Source: an uncultured Alphaproteobacteria bacterium
GTDB taxonomy: Bacteria > Pseudomonadota > Alphaproteobacteria > Rs-D84
DNA length: 64,000 nucleotides
Assembly (NCBI GenBank): GCA_944389385.1
Contig: CALXMC010000003.1
Span: 10,356-74,355 of the forward strand
Reading direction: 5' to 3'
Part shown: one piece after another, positions 47,304 through 57,315 of the stretch
How positions within the stretch are numbered: the stretch's first letter is position 1
How the letters are laid out: each line of letters opens with the position of its first letter
The notes under the pieces: generated by a model
The model's database searches: none
The model's input: only the letters and a program-made list of their open reading frames with translations
What the model was told of the DNA's origin: nothing
Position numbers and translations under genes: made by a program

Positions 47304-50300
47304 TTAATCTATTTTCTTTGGCGTCAGTGCCAACCCCAAACCGCGCAGTTCGCGCACGAATACATTAAATGCTTCGGGCGTGCCAGTTTGGAAATCATTA
47401 CTGCCGTTTATAATCGCTTCGTACATCTTGGTACGGCCGATAATATCATCCGATTTTACAGTTAACATTTCACGCAACAAATGTGCGGCACCGTGCGCTT
47501 CCAACGCCCAGACCTCCATTTCACCCAAACGCTGGCCACCCATGTGGGCTTTACCAGACAACGGTTGTTGTGTTACCAAAGAATAACTGCCAATCGAACG
47601 TGCATGAATCTTTTCATCAACCAAGTGATGCAGTTTCAGCATGTACATCACACCAACCGTCACGGGACGAGCAAATTTTTCACCCGTCATACCATCGTAC
47701 AGTGTGAACTGACCCGTTTCCGGCAATTTCGCCATTTTCAGCATGCGTGCAATATCTTCTGATGTTGCACCGTCAAATGTCGGTGTTGACATCGGCACAC
47801 CATCACGCAATAATGCCGCTTCGGCACGAACGTCTGTGTCCGTCATTTTTTCCAATTTTTCGGATACTTCTTTGCCGTAAATCTTGCCGATTGTGGTACG
47901 TAAATCATCGGTCACAGCACGTTTTTGTTTAACCTCGTCCAAAACAGCACCGATTTGCTGGCCCAATGTACGCGCCGCCATCCCCAGGTGAGTTTCCAAA
48001 ATCTGGCCCAGGTTCATACGTGACGGCACACCCAACGGATTTAACACCAAATCAACCGGTGTTCCGTCGGCCATATATGGCATGTCTTCGATTGGGACAA
48101 CCTTGGACACGATACCTTTGTTACCGTGACGACCGGCCATCTTGTCACCAGGTTGTAATTTCATTTTATGTGCGATGTAAACTTTCACAGTTTTCAACAC
48201 ACCCGCACCCAATGAATTCGTTTCGGTGGCTTTGGCAATTTCCGCATCAGCCTTTTCATTCATGGCCTTTAACGTAGCGATATGTTGTTCACGCAACTCG
48301 TCAATTTTTGATTGAATTTCTTTGTCGTGCACAACTATTTTCTTAACGTCCGATGGTTTGATGCCTTCAAAAACTTCCTGGGTCAGTTTTTTACCGATAA
48401 ATGGTTTCAAACTGCCGGTACCTGCATCTATAACCTGGCCTTCGGCCAATTGGAAAATCTGGTCTGCGAAACCACGTTCCATAATGGACGTTTCTTCGTT
48501 ACGATCACGGTTGATTTTGTCGATTTCCTGTAATTCAATCATCTGGGTACGTTCGTCTTTTTTAACACCGTGACGTGTCAAGACGTTTACACCGATAACT
48601 GTACCTTCTTCGTTCGGACCAACGCGTAATGATGTATCTTTGACATTCAAAGCCTTTTCACCAAAGATGTTACGCAACAGTGCTTCTTCTGGGGTCAACA
48701 ATGTTTCAGATTTCGGCGAAACACGACCAACCAAAATATCACCCTGCTTTACGCGTGCACCAACATAAATGATACCGGATTCGTCCAGATTCTTTAACGA
48801 TTCTTCGCTGACGTTCGGGATATCGCGCGTCAGGCTTTCTGGTCCCAACTGGGTATCACGAACCTTGAATTCTTTTTCCACAATCTTGATAGATGTGAAA
48901 ACATCGTCGCGTGAAATACGTTCAGAAATAACGATGGAATCTTCGTAATTATATCCACGCCATGGAACGAACGCCACCAAAACGTTGCGCCCCAACGCCA
49001 ATTCGCCGTAATTCATAGACGAACCGTCCGCAATAACGTCGCCCGCAGATACACGGTCGCCGGCCTTGACCAACGGTTTTTGATGAATCAAGGTTTCACT
49101 GTTGCTGCGTTCGAATTTTTCCAAGTTATAAATATCCACGCCGGTCACAACATTGCGGCTGTTCATACATTTAACCACAATACGATTTGCATCCGCAGAT
49201 TCCACAACACCACTGTGTTTCGCAACAATACCAGTGCGGGAATCGCGCGCGACTTCGCGTTCGATACCGGTTCCAACCAATGGCGCCTGGACACGCATTA
49301 ACGGAATCGCCTGGCGCTGCATGTTTGAACCCATCAAAGCACGGTTCGCGTCGTCGTTTTCAACGAACGGAATTAACCCGGTCGCAATGGACACCACTTG
49401 ACGTGGCTCGACGTCGATTAAATCAACCTCTTCCTTGGGTACCATGGTGAATTCGCCATCAACACGCGCGGTAACTGTATCTTCGGCCAAAACACCGGCC
49501 GCAGTTGTCGGGGTGTTACCCTGGGCAATTTTATGACCCAATTCTTCATCAGCCGTCAAATACACCATTTCGTCAGTTACTTTGCTGTTTTTCACAACAT
49601 AGTAAGGCGTTTCAATAAATCCGTACGGATTCACGCGCGCATACGTCGCCAAATGGTTAATCAGACCGATATTTGCACCTTCGGGTGTGTTAATCGGACA
49701 TAAACGACCATAGTGCGTCGGATGCACGTCGCGGACGTCAATACCCGCACGATCACGGTTCAAACCGCCTGGCCCCAATGCAGAAATACGACGTTTGTGT
49801 TCCAATTCAGACAATGGATTGTACGCATCCATAAACTGGGACAATTGGGAAGTGCCCAAAAATTCATTAACCAATGACATTAACGGTTTTACATTAACGA
49901 CATCTTGGGGTTGCATATTCGCGATGTTCGGCGAAGACAGACTTTCACGAACCAAGCGTTCAATACGAACCATACCTGTGCGGAAATTTTGTTCCAACAA
50001 TTCGCCAACTGTGCGCACACGACGATTTGACAAATTATCTATATCATCGATTGTATCTTTGTGATCGATAATATTAGTCAAAGTTTTCAACACAGCCAAG
50101 AAATCTGATTTCGTCAGCAACCGTTCGTCTTCGGGTCTTTTGCCAGAATCTATCTTTAACCGTTTGTTCATTTTGAAACGACCAACCGCAGATAAATCAT
50201 AGTAAGCCGCATCAAAACCCTGGCGCATGAACAGGTTTATCGCCGCTTCCAGGGTCGGACGTTCGCCCGGACGAATGATGTTATAAATTTCAATCAAAGC

Positions 50301-51443
50301 CTCTTCACGATTAACGGTTTTGTCGGCAATCAATGTCTTACACATGTGTGTAGACACCGTCGCATTGTCAATCGCGATTAAAGATATTTCTTTGACGTTT
50401 AATTTTTCTAAATCAGCCAAAACATCCGGCGTGATTTCAGTACCCGCACGATACAGAACATTGCCCGCGCCGTCCAAAATCGGGTCGAATAAATATTCAC
50501 CAACCAATGCATCGGCCGCAATACCAAATTCTTTTGACGCGGCTGTAACCTTGGCCAGGCGTTTTGCATTCATACGATCGCCTTTGGACGCCAAAGCCTT
50601 TTTATCGCGCGGATTTATTAAATCATAATTCAAACGGAATTTATCCAATCCATCGAACGCGGCTGTTTCGCCAATCCACATATTTCCGTCAAATTTTAAC
50701 GGGATACGATTGTAAAACACACTTAAAATTTCTGTATCGTCCATGCCGCGGATTGTTGGTTTGCGTGGGTCTGCTTGCCATTTTTTCTCGTCTTCGGCAC
50801 ATGGCAAGCAACGCAGTAAAACCGTGGCCGGAATTTTACGACGGCGGTCGATACGAACATAGATTACGCCTTTGGATTCTTCAAAATCTATCCAAGATCC
50901 GTGTTCTGGGATGATACGTGCAGTATATGTAATTGGGTTGCCCGCAACTTTGGCTTCTTTGGTGGTTGCGAACACAACACCCTGGGCGCGGTGCATTTGT
51001 GATACGATAACGCGTTCCACACCGGCGGCGATAAAACTGCCGCGGCCCGTCATCAGCGGCACGTCACCCATGAAGATTTCTTGTTCTTTTATATCACGCA
51101 AAGTTTTTTTGCCGTCTTCTGCGACATCCCACAAAATCAATCTCAGCTTCAATTTCAGTTTTCTGGAATATGTCAGATTGCGCAGCATACATTCTTTTAC
51201 ATTGTACACCGGTTTATCCAAACTGTATTCAACGAATTCCAAATCGGCAACACCCGCATAGTCATGAATTGGGAACATAGATGCAAATACGTTTTGCAGC
51301 CCCATATTTTTTCTGTCTTCGGGTTTTACATCAGCCTGCAAGAAATCTTTATAGGAATTATATTGAATTTCAACCAAATCAGGAAGCGGAGTTTGCAAAA
51401 AACTTTTTCCAAAAGATTTTCTGAATTTCTGGATAACTGCCAT
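47304..51443 (-). CDS. rpoB: DNA-directed RNA polymerase subunit beta
   Basis: Full-length RpoB. ATG at 51441-51443 (MAVIQKFRKSFGK..) is preferred over the upstream TTG at 51476 reported in the ORF track. Confidence 0.95.
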   Translation of the reverse strand: MAVIQKFRKSFGKSFLQTPLPDLVEIQYNSYKDFLQADVKPEDRKNMGLQNVFASMFPIHDYAGVADLEFVEYSLDKPVYNVKECMLRNLTYSRKLKLKLRLILWDVAEDGKKTLRDIKEQEIFMGDVPLMTGRGSFIAAGVERVIVSQMHRAQGVVFATTKEAKVAGNPITYTARIIPEHGSWIDFEESKGVIYVRIDRRRKIPATVLLRCLPCAEDEKKWQADPRKPTIRGMDDTEILSVFYNRIPLKFDGNMWIGETAAFDGLDKFRLNYDLINPRDKKALASKGDRMNAKRLAKVTAASKEFGIAADALVGEYLFDPILDGAGNVLYRAGTEITPDVLADLEKLNVKEISLIAIDNATVSTHMCKTLIADKTVNREEALIEIYNIIRPGERPTLEAAINLFMRQGFDAAYYDLSAVGRFKMNKRLKIDSGKRPEDERLLTKSDFLAVLKTLTNIIDHKDTIDDIDNLSNRRVRTVGELLEQNFRTGMVRIERLVRESLSSPNIANMQPQDVVNVKPLMSLVNEFLGTSQLSQFMDAYNPLSELEHKRRISALGPGGLNRDRAGIDVRDVHPTHYGRLCPINTPEGANIGLINHLATYARVNPYGFIETPYYVVKNSKVTDEMVYLTADEELGHKIAQGNTPTTAAGVLAEDTVTARVDGEFTMVPKEEVDLIDVEPRQVVSIATGLIPFVENDDANRALMGSNMQRQAIPLMRVQAPLVGTGIEREVARDSRTGIVAKHSGVVESADANRIVVKCMNSRNVVTGVDIYNLEKFERSNSETLIHQKPLVKAGDRVSAGDVIADGSSMNYGELALGRNVLVAFVPWRGYNYEDSIVISERISRDDVFTSIKIVEKEFKVRDTQLGPESLTRDIPNVSEESLKNLDESGIIYVGARVKQGDILVGRVSPKSETLLTPEEALLRNIFGEKALNVKDTSLRVGPNEEGTVIGVNVLTRHGVKKDERTQMIELQEIDKINRDRNEETSIMERGFADQIFQLAEGQVIDAGTGSLKPFIGKKLTQEVFEGIKPSDVKKIVVHDKEIQSKIDELREQHIATLKAMNEKADAEIAKATETNSLGAGVLKTVKVYIAHKMKLQPGDKMAGRHGNKGIVSKVVPIEDMPYMADGTPVDLVLNPLGVPSRMNLGQILETHLGMAARTLGQQIGAVLDEVKQKRAVTDDLRTTIGKIYGKEVSEKLEKMTDTDVRAEAALLRDGVPMSTPTFDGATSEDIARMLKMAKLPETGQFTLYDGMTGEKFARPVTVGVMYMLKLHHLVDEKIHARSIGSYSLVTQQPLSGKAHMGGQRLGEMEVWALEAHGAAHLLREMLTVKSDDIIGRTKMYEAIINGSNDFQTGTPEAFNVFVRELRGLGLALTPKKID

Positions 51444-51598
51444 TGGTATCAATCCTTTTTTTTGTGCGTTTTGCAAACAAAACTGTTCTTATATGTCTTA
51501 TACGCCCCAAACCCATCCGGGGAATTTTCCCACGGATGGGTGACGGACGGCGCGGAATTTTCCGCGACTTTTATTTTGCGCAATATGCGCAGGTTAAA

Positions 51599-51964
51599 TT
51601 ATTTCAATTCAACCTTGGCACCGGCGGCTTCTAATGTAGCCTTCATTTTTTCGGCTTCATCTTTGGCAACGCCTTCTTTCACAGCCTTTGGTGCGGATTC
51701 AACCAATGCTTTGGCTTCGCCCAGACCCAAACCTGTGATATCTTTAACGGCTTTGATAACCGCCAATTTGTTCGCGCCAACATCGGACAAAACAACATCG
51801 AATTCCGATTTTTCTTCGGCGGCTGCTGCGGCCGGGCCGGCTGCTACTGCAACTGCGGCGGCGGCGCTGACGCCCCATGTTTCTTCCAATGCTTTGGACA
51901 ATTCGACTGCTTCCATAACAGTCAATTTTGACAATTCTTCAACTAATTTTTGAATGTCTGCCAT
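51599..51964 (-). CDS. rplL: 50S ribosomal protein L7/L12
   Basis: [43 protein letters not shown]. Confidence 0.95.
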   Translation of the reverse strand: MADIQKLVEELSKLTVMEAVELSKALEETWGVSAAAAVAVAAGPAAAAAEEKSEFDVVLSDVGANKLAVIKAVKDITGLGLGEAKALVESAPKAVKEGVAKDEAEKMKATLEAAGAKVELK

Positions 51965-52008
51965 TTTTTTGCTCCTATTTAATCAGAACATTGCTGTTCT
52001 GGTTTGTT

Positions 52009-52485
52009 TTAATTCTTTTTTCCATACTCTGCTGAAACACGTGCCAGGCGCGATGCAGGTTCGACCAAAATACGCGCGATTTTGCCACGAATTTCCAACA
52101 GTGACGGCAGTTTGGATAATTGCAAAATATCATCCACACCCAGAACGTCTGCGTCCATTTTACCGCCGATGATTGTCAAATTCGGATGTTCATCCGCAAA
52201 TTTTGCCAATACTTTGGTAACCGCCAACGCATCAGTCGCAACCGCAACCGCCGTCGGACGTTTCAACATATCGGACACAGGTTCAAAATTGGTATCTTTT
52301 AATGCCAATTTCATCAAACGGTTTTTGACAACCTTGAACACAGAAACCAATGGACGTAATTCATTACGCAAGATTTCCATTTCACGCACAGTCAAACCAT
52401 GGTTTTCAACAACGAAAACACCGTTTGCGTCCTGCAAGGATGATTGCAACGCTGAAATCAAATCTGATTTTTCTTCGCGTCTCAT
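52009..52485 (-). CDS. rplJ: 50S ribosomal protein L10
   Basis: 158 aa. MRREEKSDLISALQSSL.. Position between rplA and rplL. Confidence 0.9.
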   Translation of the reverse strand: MRREEKSDLISALQSSLQDANGVFVVENHGLTVREMEILRNELRPLVSVFKVVKNRLMKLALKDTNFEPVSDMLKRPTAVAVATDALAVTKVLAKFADEHPNLTIIGGKMDADVLGVDDILQLSKLPSLLEIRGKIARILVEPASRLARVSAEYGKKN

Positions 52486-52698
52486 TTTTTTACCCTTGTC
52501 TGCAAGATTTTATGACAAATGCCACAAAATCCCTGTTTTTGTTAAACTTTCCATCCAACGTTGCCGTTGGGTGGGGCCACTTTTCTGCCCCAAAGAAACT
52601 TTCTTTGTCTATGATGGCAATTAAGTCCGGTTATCGGGCACCATCAGTCTTGGACAGAAATCCGTACGCAGGCGGGGAATATCATCCCCGCCGCGATT
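52486..52698 (-). promoter_or_regulatory. Probable L10 (rplJL) leader / autoregulatory mRNA region
   Basis: About 210-nt untranslated spacer between rplA and rplJ, where the L10(L12)4-binding leader is found in most bacteria. No structure was verified here. Confidence 0.35.
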
Positions 52699-53373
52699 TT
52701 ATTTTATATCAACCTTTAATCCAGGTCCCTGGGTTGTGGCAACAGCCGCGCCCAAGATATACTGACCTTTGACGGATGCAGGTTTAACTTTTTTCAATTG
52801 TTCGACCAACGCATTAACGTTTTCGACCAATTTGTCCGTCGCAAACGACATTTTACCAACGCCCGCGTGGATAATACCGTTCTTTTCAGCACGATATTCG
52901 ATCTGTCCCGCTTTGGCGGTTGCAACCGCGTCGGCAACATTGTTTGTAACTGTGCCCAGTTTCGGGTTCGGCATCAAGCCCTTTGGTCCCAAAACGCGTG
53001 CGATTTTCGACATTTTCGGCATCATATCCGGTGTTGCGATAACACGGTCGAAATTTATTTCACCGCCAGCAACACGTTCGATTAAATCTTCGCCACCAAC
53101 AACGTCGGCACCGGCCTTTTTGGCTTCATCCGCAGCATTGACAGTGAACACCGCAACGCGGACAGTTTTACCAGTACCATTTGGCAAAGACACCATGCCA
53201 CGGATGTTTTGATCCGCTTTGGTAATATCAACACCCAAACGCACCGCCAGTTCCAATGTTTCATCGAATTTTTTGGACGCATATTCACGCAAAGCATCGA
53301 TTGCATCGGCAACGGAATAAACTTTATTTTGGTCTAATTTAGCCCAAGTTTGCTGTCTTTTTGTCGTTTTCAT
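52699..53373 (-). CDS. rplA: 50S ribosomal protein L1
   Basis: 224 aa. MKTTKRQQTWAKLDQNKVYSVADAIDALREYASKKFDETLELAVRLGVD. Confidence 0.95.
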   Translation of the reverse strand: MKTTKRQQTWAKLDQNKVYSVADAIDALREYASKKFDETLELAVRLGVDITKADQNIRGMVSLPNGTGKTVRVAVFTVNAADEAKKAGADVVGGEDLIERVAGGEINFDRVIATPDMMPKMSKIARVLGPKGLMPNPKLGTVTNNVADAVATAKAGQIEYRAEKNGIIHAGVGKMSFATDKLVENVNALVEQLKKVKPASVKGQYILGAAVATTQGPGLKVDIK

Positions 53374-53376
53374 ATC

Positions 53377-53811
53377 TTATTCCTCCACCTTGACGCCCAT
53401 TGAACGGCACTGACCCGCAACGATATTCATTGCAGATTCAATGGTAGAGCAATTCAAATCCGGCATTTTATTTTCAGCAATTTCACGAATTTGCGCCTTG
53501 GTAATTGTACCAACAAAATCGCGACCCGGTTTGTGCGAACCGATTTTCAGTTTCAGTGCCTTTTTAATATAATAAGACACCGGCGGCAATTTCATGATAA
53601 ATTCGAAACTGCGGTCTGTATAAACTGTGATAATACATGGAATCGGCATACCCGGTTCTTTATCAGCGGTTTTGTCGTTAAATTGTTTGCAGAATTCTGC
53701 GATATTAACACCAGCCGCACCCAACGCCGGTCCAATCGGTGGCGCAGGATTCGCCTGTTTTGCGGGGACGACCAATTTTACAATCCCCTTGACTTCTTTT
53801 TTTGCTGCCAT
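53377..53811 (-). CDS. rplK: 50S ribosomal protein L11
   Basis: ATG at 53809-53811. MAAKKEVKGIVKLVVPAKQANPAPPIGPALG. Confidence 0.9.
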   Translation of the reverse strand: MAAKKEVKGIVKLVVPAKQANPAPPIGPALGAAGVNIAEFCKQFNDKTADKEPGMPIPCIITVYTDRSFEFIMKLPPVSYYIKKALKLKIGSHKPGRDFVGTITKAQIREIAENKMPDLNCSTIESAMNIVAGQCRSMGVKVEE

Positions 53812-53905
53812 TTTATTCACTCCATTTTTGGTTAGTGTTCGTGGTACGATGTGGCGCATCTACCACGTATTTTGCGCGCCTTGCACACGCCCGTCGGTTA
53901 CCCGA

Positions 53906-54439
53906 TTAAACCCTTTCAACTTGTTCGAAATCCAATTCGACACTGGTTTCACGACCGAACACCAAAATAGTGGCGGTCATTTTTTGTTTTACATTATCAA
54001 CCTCGGCCACGATGCCGTTAAAGCCCGAAAATGGCCCATCGATAACATGAACCTCTTGCCCAACTTCGTACATAACGTCTTCGGTGATAACGCTGCCCTC
54101 TTCCACTTGTTTCAGCAGACGACGAGCCTCTTCTTCGCTGACGGCGATTGGTTTATTCTTTGCACCCAAAAACATCACAACCTGGGGCATCAGTTTCACC
54201 AACGAAAAAGTTTCGTTATTCATAATCATCTGGACAACGATGTAACCCGGAAAGAATTTCTTTTCAGTTTTGACACGTTTGCCGGCCTTGACCTCGGTAA
54301 TTTCGCGGGTCGGCACCAAAATCTCGCCAAAATAGGCGTTCAAGCGACGTTTGTCGATTTGTTCACGCAGACCGCGCGCGACCTTGTCTTCGCACCCAGT
54401 ATGAACATTCACAACAAACCACTGCATTTTGTCTTCCAT
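53906..54439 (-). CDS. nusG: Transcription termination/antitermination factor NusG
   Basis: ATG at 54437-54439. MEDKMQWFVVNVHTGCEDKV.. with a KOW domain at the C-terminus. Confidence 0.9.
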   Translation of the reverse strand: MEDKMQWFVVNVHTGCEDKVARGLREQIDKRRLNAYFGEILVPTREITEVKAGKRVKTEKKFFPGYIVVQMIMNNETFSLVKLMPQVVMFLGAKNKPIAVSEEEARRLLKQVEEGSVITEDVMYEVGQEVHVIDGPFSGFNGIVAEVDNVKQKMTATILVFGRETSVELDFEQVERV

Positions 54440-54456
54440 CTGTAACCCCCGCCCGT

Positions 54457-54636
54457 TTAGAAAACCCAACCAACCAACGCGTTCAGAATACTGTCCACCA
54501 CAAAAAAGAACAACGCTGCCAATCCAGAAAATACCAGAATCATAATGGTTGCACGAATAACAGTGTCGCGCGACGGCCATACAATTTTGAACCATTCGCT
54601 GCGTACTGATTTGATATAGCCCAGTATTTTTTTCAT
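54457..54636 (-). CDS. secE: Preprotein translocase subunit SecE
   Basis: 59 aa. MKKILGYIKSVRSEWFKIVWPSRDTVIRATIMILVFSGLAALFFFVVDSILNALVGWVF. Single TM. Canonical position upstream of nusG. Confidence 0.8.
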   Translation of the reverse strand: MKKILGYIKSVRSEWFKIVWPSRDTVIRATIMILVFSGLAALFFFVVDSILNALVGWVF

Positions 54637-54713
54637 ATAAATGTATCCTAAAAGAATTTCTTTATACCTATTAAATTCCCCAAAATATGGCAAGCATATT
54701 TTGGTGAATTTTG

Positions 54714-54787
54714 TGGCAGGGGCAGAAGGAATCGAACCCTCATCCGCGGTTTTGGAGACCGATATTCTACCGTTGAACTATGCCCCT
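54714..54787 (-). tRNA. tRNA-Trp (anticodon CCA)
   Basis: Reverse complement AGGGGCATAGTTCAACGGTAGAATATCGGTCTCCAAAACCGCGGATGAGGGTTCGATTCCTTCTGCCCCTGCCA. Canonical position upstream of secE. Confidence 0.9.
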
Positions 54788-54901
54788 GTTGCCTGTAAAA
54801 TCACCCGTCTTGCGCGCCGTCTGACCCCGCAGTCGGGGTAAAGATAGCACAACAATACAGAAAATCAAGCGGAATTATTATACTTTTTTAATTTTATCAC
54901 T

Positions 54902-54958
54902 GCAAGCAAAAAATAGTAACCAGTAACGAGTTACAAGTAACTATTTTTTGCTTGCGCA
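54902..54958. repeat. 57-bp palindrome: 15-bp AT-rich stem enclosing four GTAAC/GTTAC pentamers
   Basis: GCAAGCAAAAAATAG-TAACCAGTAACGAGTTACAAGTAAC-TATTTTTTGCTTGC. Lies in the divergent region between tRNA-Trp and virB8. Confidence 0.7.
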
Positions 54959-55008
54959 GTTGTCTGCTTTTTTTCTACAATCTGGTTAATAGTAAGGAGA
55001 GGACCCAA

Positions 55009-55704
55009 GTGGCAACACGTATAGAACCGCCGATTTTACTGTCCAGATTGTTGATTTTTGTGTTCGCCGCAATGGTTGTTGTGTTGGGTGTATTGGGGGT
55101 TACATTATATAATATGTACCCGTTGGACAGACCCCAGATATTCTTTTTGATGACCGCGCCACAAAATAATCTGGATATTGTTGTGGCTGAGATGGTTCCC
55201 AATGAAGGCGAAATGTTTGATAATTTCAAGCGCACGTTTATTCGTGAATATATTCGGGCACGCAATGAAATCGTGCCAGATGCACGCATAATGCGCGAAA
55301 AATGGAGCAACGGTGCCGAAGGCGTCGTAAATTCTTGGTCAACATCGGAAATTTATAACGATTTTACAAAAACAAATATGTGGAACGCGTGGATGAGTGG
55401 CGTTCCAGATTTTGAATTTTCTTGTTCTGTTGAATTTGAAACTGGCGCAATCGAGCCACGCGATCGCGCAGGAACTGAATATTCGGTCAATTTCAGATAC
55501 TTTTGTTCAGATAGTGATAGACAGATGGATAAAAAAGATTATAAAATAAGGGTAAAGTTGGATATGGCGGACGGAACCCAAATAAAATGGGGGGAACGTC
55601 TGAATAATCCACTGGGGATACGTGTTTCTGAATATGTAATTGAATCGGGAAATGGCGACCCACTGGATACCGGGTATCTGGATACAACCGGCATAACCCA
55701 GTAG
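55009..55704 (+). CDS. virB8: Type IV secretion system protein VirB8
   Basis: GTG start at 55009 with RBS AAGGAGAGG 5 nt upstream. 231 aa. Short cytoplasmic N-terminus, one TM (LLIFVFAAMVVVLGVLGV), periplasmic NTF2-like domain with the VirB8 signature FKRTFIREYIRARNEIVPD. Confidence 0.65.
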   Translation: MATRIEPPILLSRLLIFVFAAMVVVLGVLGVTLYNMYPLDRPQIFFLMTAPQNNLDIVVAEMVPNEGEMFDNFKRTFIREYIRARNEIVPDARIMREKWSNGAEGVVNSWSTSEIYNDFTKTNMWNAWMSGVPDFEFSCSVEFETGAIEPRDRAGTEYSVNFRYFCSDSDRQMDKKDYKIRVKLDMADGTQIKWGERLNNPLGIRVSEYVIESGNGDPLDTGYLDTTGITQ

Positions 55705-55728
55705 CCACGAACAGGAAGGAAAACAGTC

Positions 55729-57264
55729 ATGACGTTTGCAAGTATGTTAAAATTAAATGTATCTGTGTTGTGCATTGCGATGCTGTGCGCGAATGCCTTG
55801 GCCGCGGAATATGGCATACAAAGTGCGTGGGATAACCCAACCGCCAATATGGCCGAAGGCAGTTTGAAGCCTGGATATGCACAATTGCCTTGGTCGCACG
55901 GCAGCGTTTTGCCCATCAAGTTGCGCAACGGAATGACCACTTTGGTCACATTGCCAAACGGCGAAAAAATTGCAGACGCAGTGGTGGGAAATGAAAATCT
56001 GTTTTCAATCGCTGCAACCCAGGGCGGCAGTACTATGTTTATTACACCCGCCGCATCAAATCAAGGATCTGATACAAACTTGATCGTCACGGGCGAGTCC
56101 GGCAATCAGTACATATTCTATCTGCGCAGTGAACCTTCTAATTCCAGCGAAATCACATATTCCCAGGTTGATATTACATTGGGCGATAATACGTTTTTGC
56201 CGAATGCCACAACGGCAACATCAACAAATGCGTCGGGGTCTATTTTCAAAAAGGTATCCAATGCCACAACGAATACAATCGGTGTTGATGGCGAGGATTA
56301 TGGTTGGATTAAATCCATGAAAATTGACCCGTCTGAATTCCGATTTGATTTGGATATTTTTGTTCCAAATCCAGACGATTATGTTATTGCACCTGAACGT
56401 GTGTGGCGCGACCAGATATTTACATACATAGATTTCGGGGACAAGGTTATTTCCATGACACAACGTCCGGTCGTATCACTGTTAATCGAGGGCGGCGAAT
56501 CCCCCGTCGGATTCCGCACCGATGGCGAAGATGGACGATTGCTGATTGTCGAGGCCGTTGGCGACATGGTTTTACGCAGTGGGCAACGTATCGTTTGTAT
56601 TAAAAAGCGTGCAAAGCCGTTCTTGATTGCAGATACAGCATCCGTTATGGCACTGGCCGAGGCGAATGTTGCACAATCCATCATGTCGGGACAATCGCTG
56701 AATAACATTGCATATACGTCCGATATGAATGCGATTAACGCGTCTGCGAATGGTTATGCAACCACACCGATGATGATGGGCAATATGCCGATGGGTGGCG
56801 CTACGTCTGGCTACTATGCGCCGGCGGGGTATGCAATGCCAACCCAGATGTATGGTGGCACCACTGGCGGCGGGACAAGCGGACTGAATATGATTCCAAC
56901 CGAAAGATTGACGGCGGGGTCATTCTTGCCCCAAACCAGTATCCCGCTGATTTCCAGTAATCAAACTGGGGTTGCGGTTGAATTAAAATCGGATACATCT
57001 GTCAAGGCATTGGATGATTATTGGGCAAACTTGTTGGCCAAGTTCAGTGGTGCTGATGGCCAAGGCATTTTGACCCCGTACAAGAACATGGTATATTTTG
57101 CCGTTGACGAACAAGGTGTTGGCGAATTGGGGGCTGAATCTTCGACTGCACGCTTGTATCGTTTACGCATTGGGCCTTTGTCCGATGTTGTAACAGCCCA
57201 AGAATTGTGCAATAAGTTATTGCAATTCAGCGGTACCAGTTGCAATGTCGTGCGGGTACAGTAA
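55729..57264 (+). CDS. virB9: Type IV secretion system protein VirB9/TrbG fused to a C-terminal SPOR (peptidoglycan-binding) domain
   Basis: Signal peptide MTFASMLKLNVSVLCIAMLCANALA. VirB9 N-domain TLVTLPNGEKI..ENLFSI..MFITPA and C-domain ..GRLLIVEAVGDMVLRSGQRIVCIKKR. Then about 130 aa of Gly/Met/Thr-rich linker. Then ..ARLYRLRIGPLSDVVTAQELCNKLLQFSGTSCNVVRVQ, which matches the SPOR consensus (yRvrvGpf..a..l..L). Confidence 0.7.
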   Translation: MTFASMLKLNVSVLCIAMLCANALAAEYGIQSAWDNPTANMAEGSLKPGYAQLPWSHGSVLPIKLRNGMTTLVTLPNGEKIADAVVGNENLFSIAATQGGSTMFITPAASNQGSDTNLIVTGESGNQYIFYLRSEPSNSSEITYSQVDITLGDNTFLPNATTATSTNASGSIFKKVSNATTNTIGVDGEDYGWIKSMKIDPSEFRFDLDIFVPNPDDYVIAPERVWRDQIFTYIDFGDKVISMTQRPVVSLLIEGGESPVGFRTDGEDGRLLIVEAVGDMVLRSGQRIVCIKKRAKPFLIADTASVMALAEANVAQSIMSGQSLNNIAYTSDMNAINASANGYATTPMMMGNMPMGGATSGYYAPAGYAMPTQMYGGTTGGGTSGLNMIPTERLTAGSFLPQTSIPLISSNQTGVAVELKSDTSVKALDDYWANLLAKFSGADGQGILTPYKNMVYFAVDEQGVGELGAESSTARLYRLRIGPLSDVVTAQELCNKLLQFSGTSCNVVRVQ

Positions 57265-57299
57265 GTTACTGGTTACTCGTAACTCGTTACTTGTGGGGG
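57265..57299 (+). repeat. GTTACTC heptad repeat array (4 units) immediately after the virB9 stop
   Basis: TAA GTTACTG GTTACTC GTAACTC GTTACTT GTGGGGG. Confidence 0.75.
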
Positions 57300-57315
57300 A
57301 AGATGGCGGTTAATT

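Noticed and set aside
51477-51598. rplL-rpoB intergenic hairpin (GCGCGGAATTTTCCGCG) as a transcriptional attenuator
   Set aside because: Such an attenuator is known in E. coli. Here the hairpin is followed by a U-tract only on the plus strand (the wrong strand for this operon), so I could not support a terminator call.
43270-51953. Many 60-290-aa plus-strand ORFs inside rpoC, rpoB and rplL (for example 46342-47034, 46770-47267, 51081-51953)
   Set aside because: They are antisense shadow ORFs of very highly conserved genes. None has an RBS or recognisable content.
54952-55008. TTG-initiated 19-codon N-terminal extension of virB8
   Set aside because: A GTG at 55009 preceded by AAGGAGAGG at ideal spacing gives a VirB8 of typical length and topology. 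The extension overlaps the palindrome.
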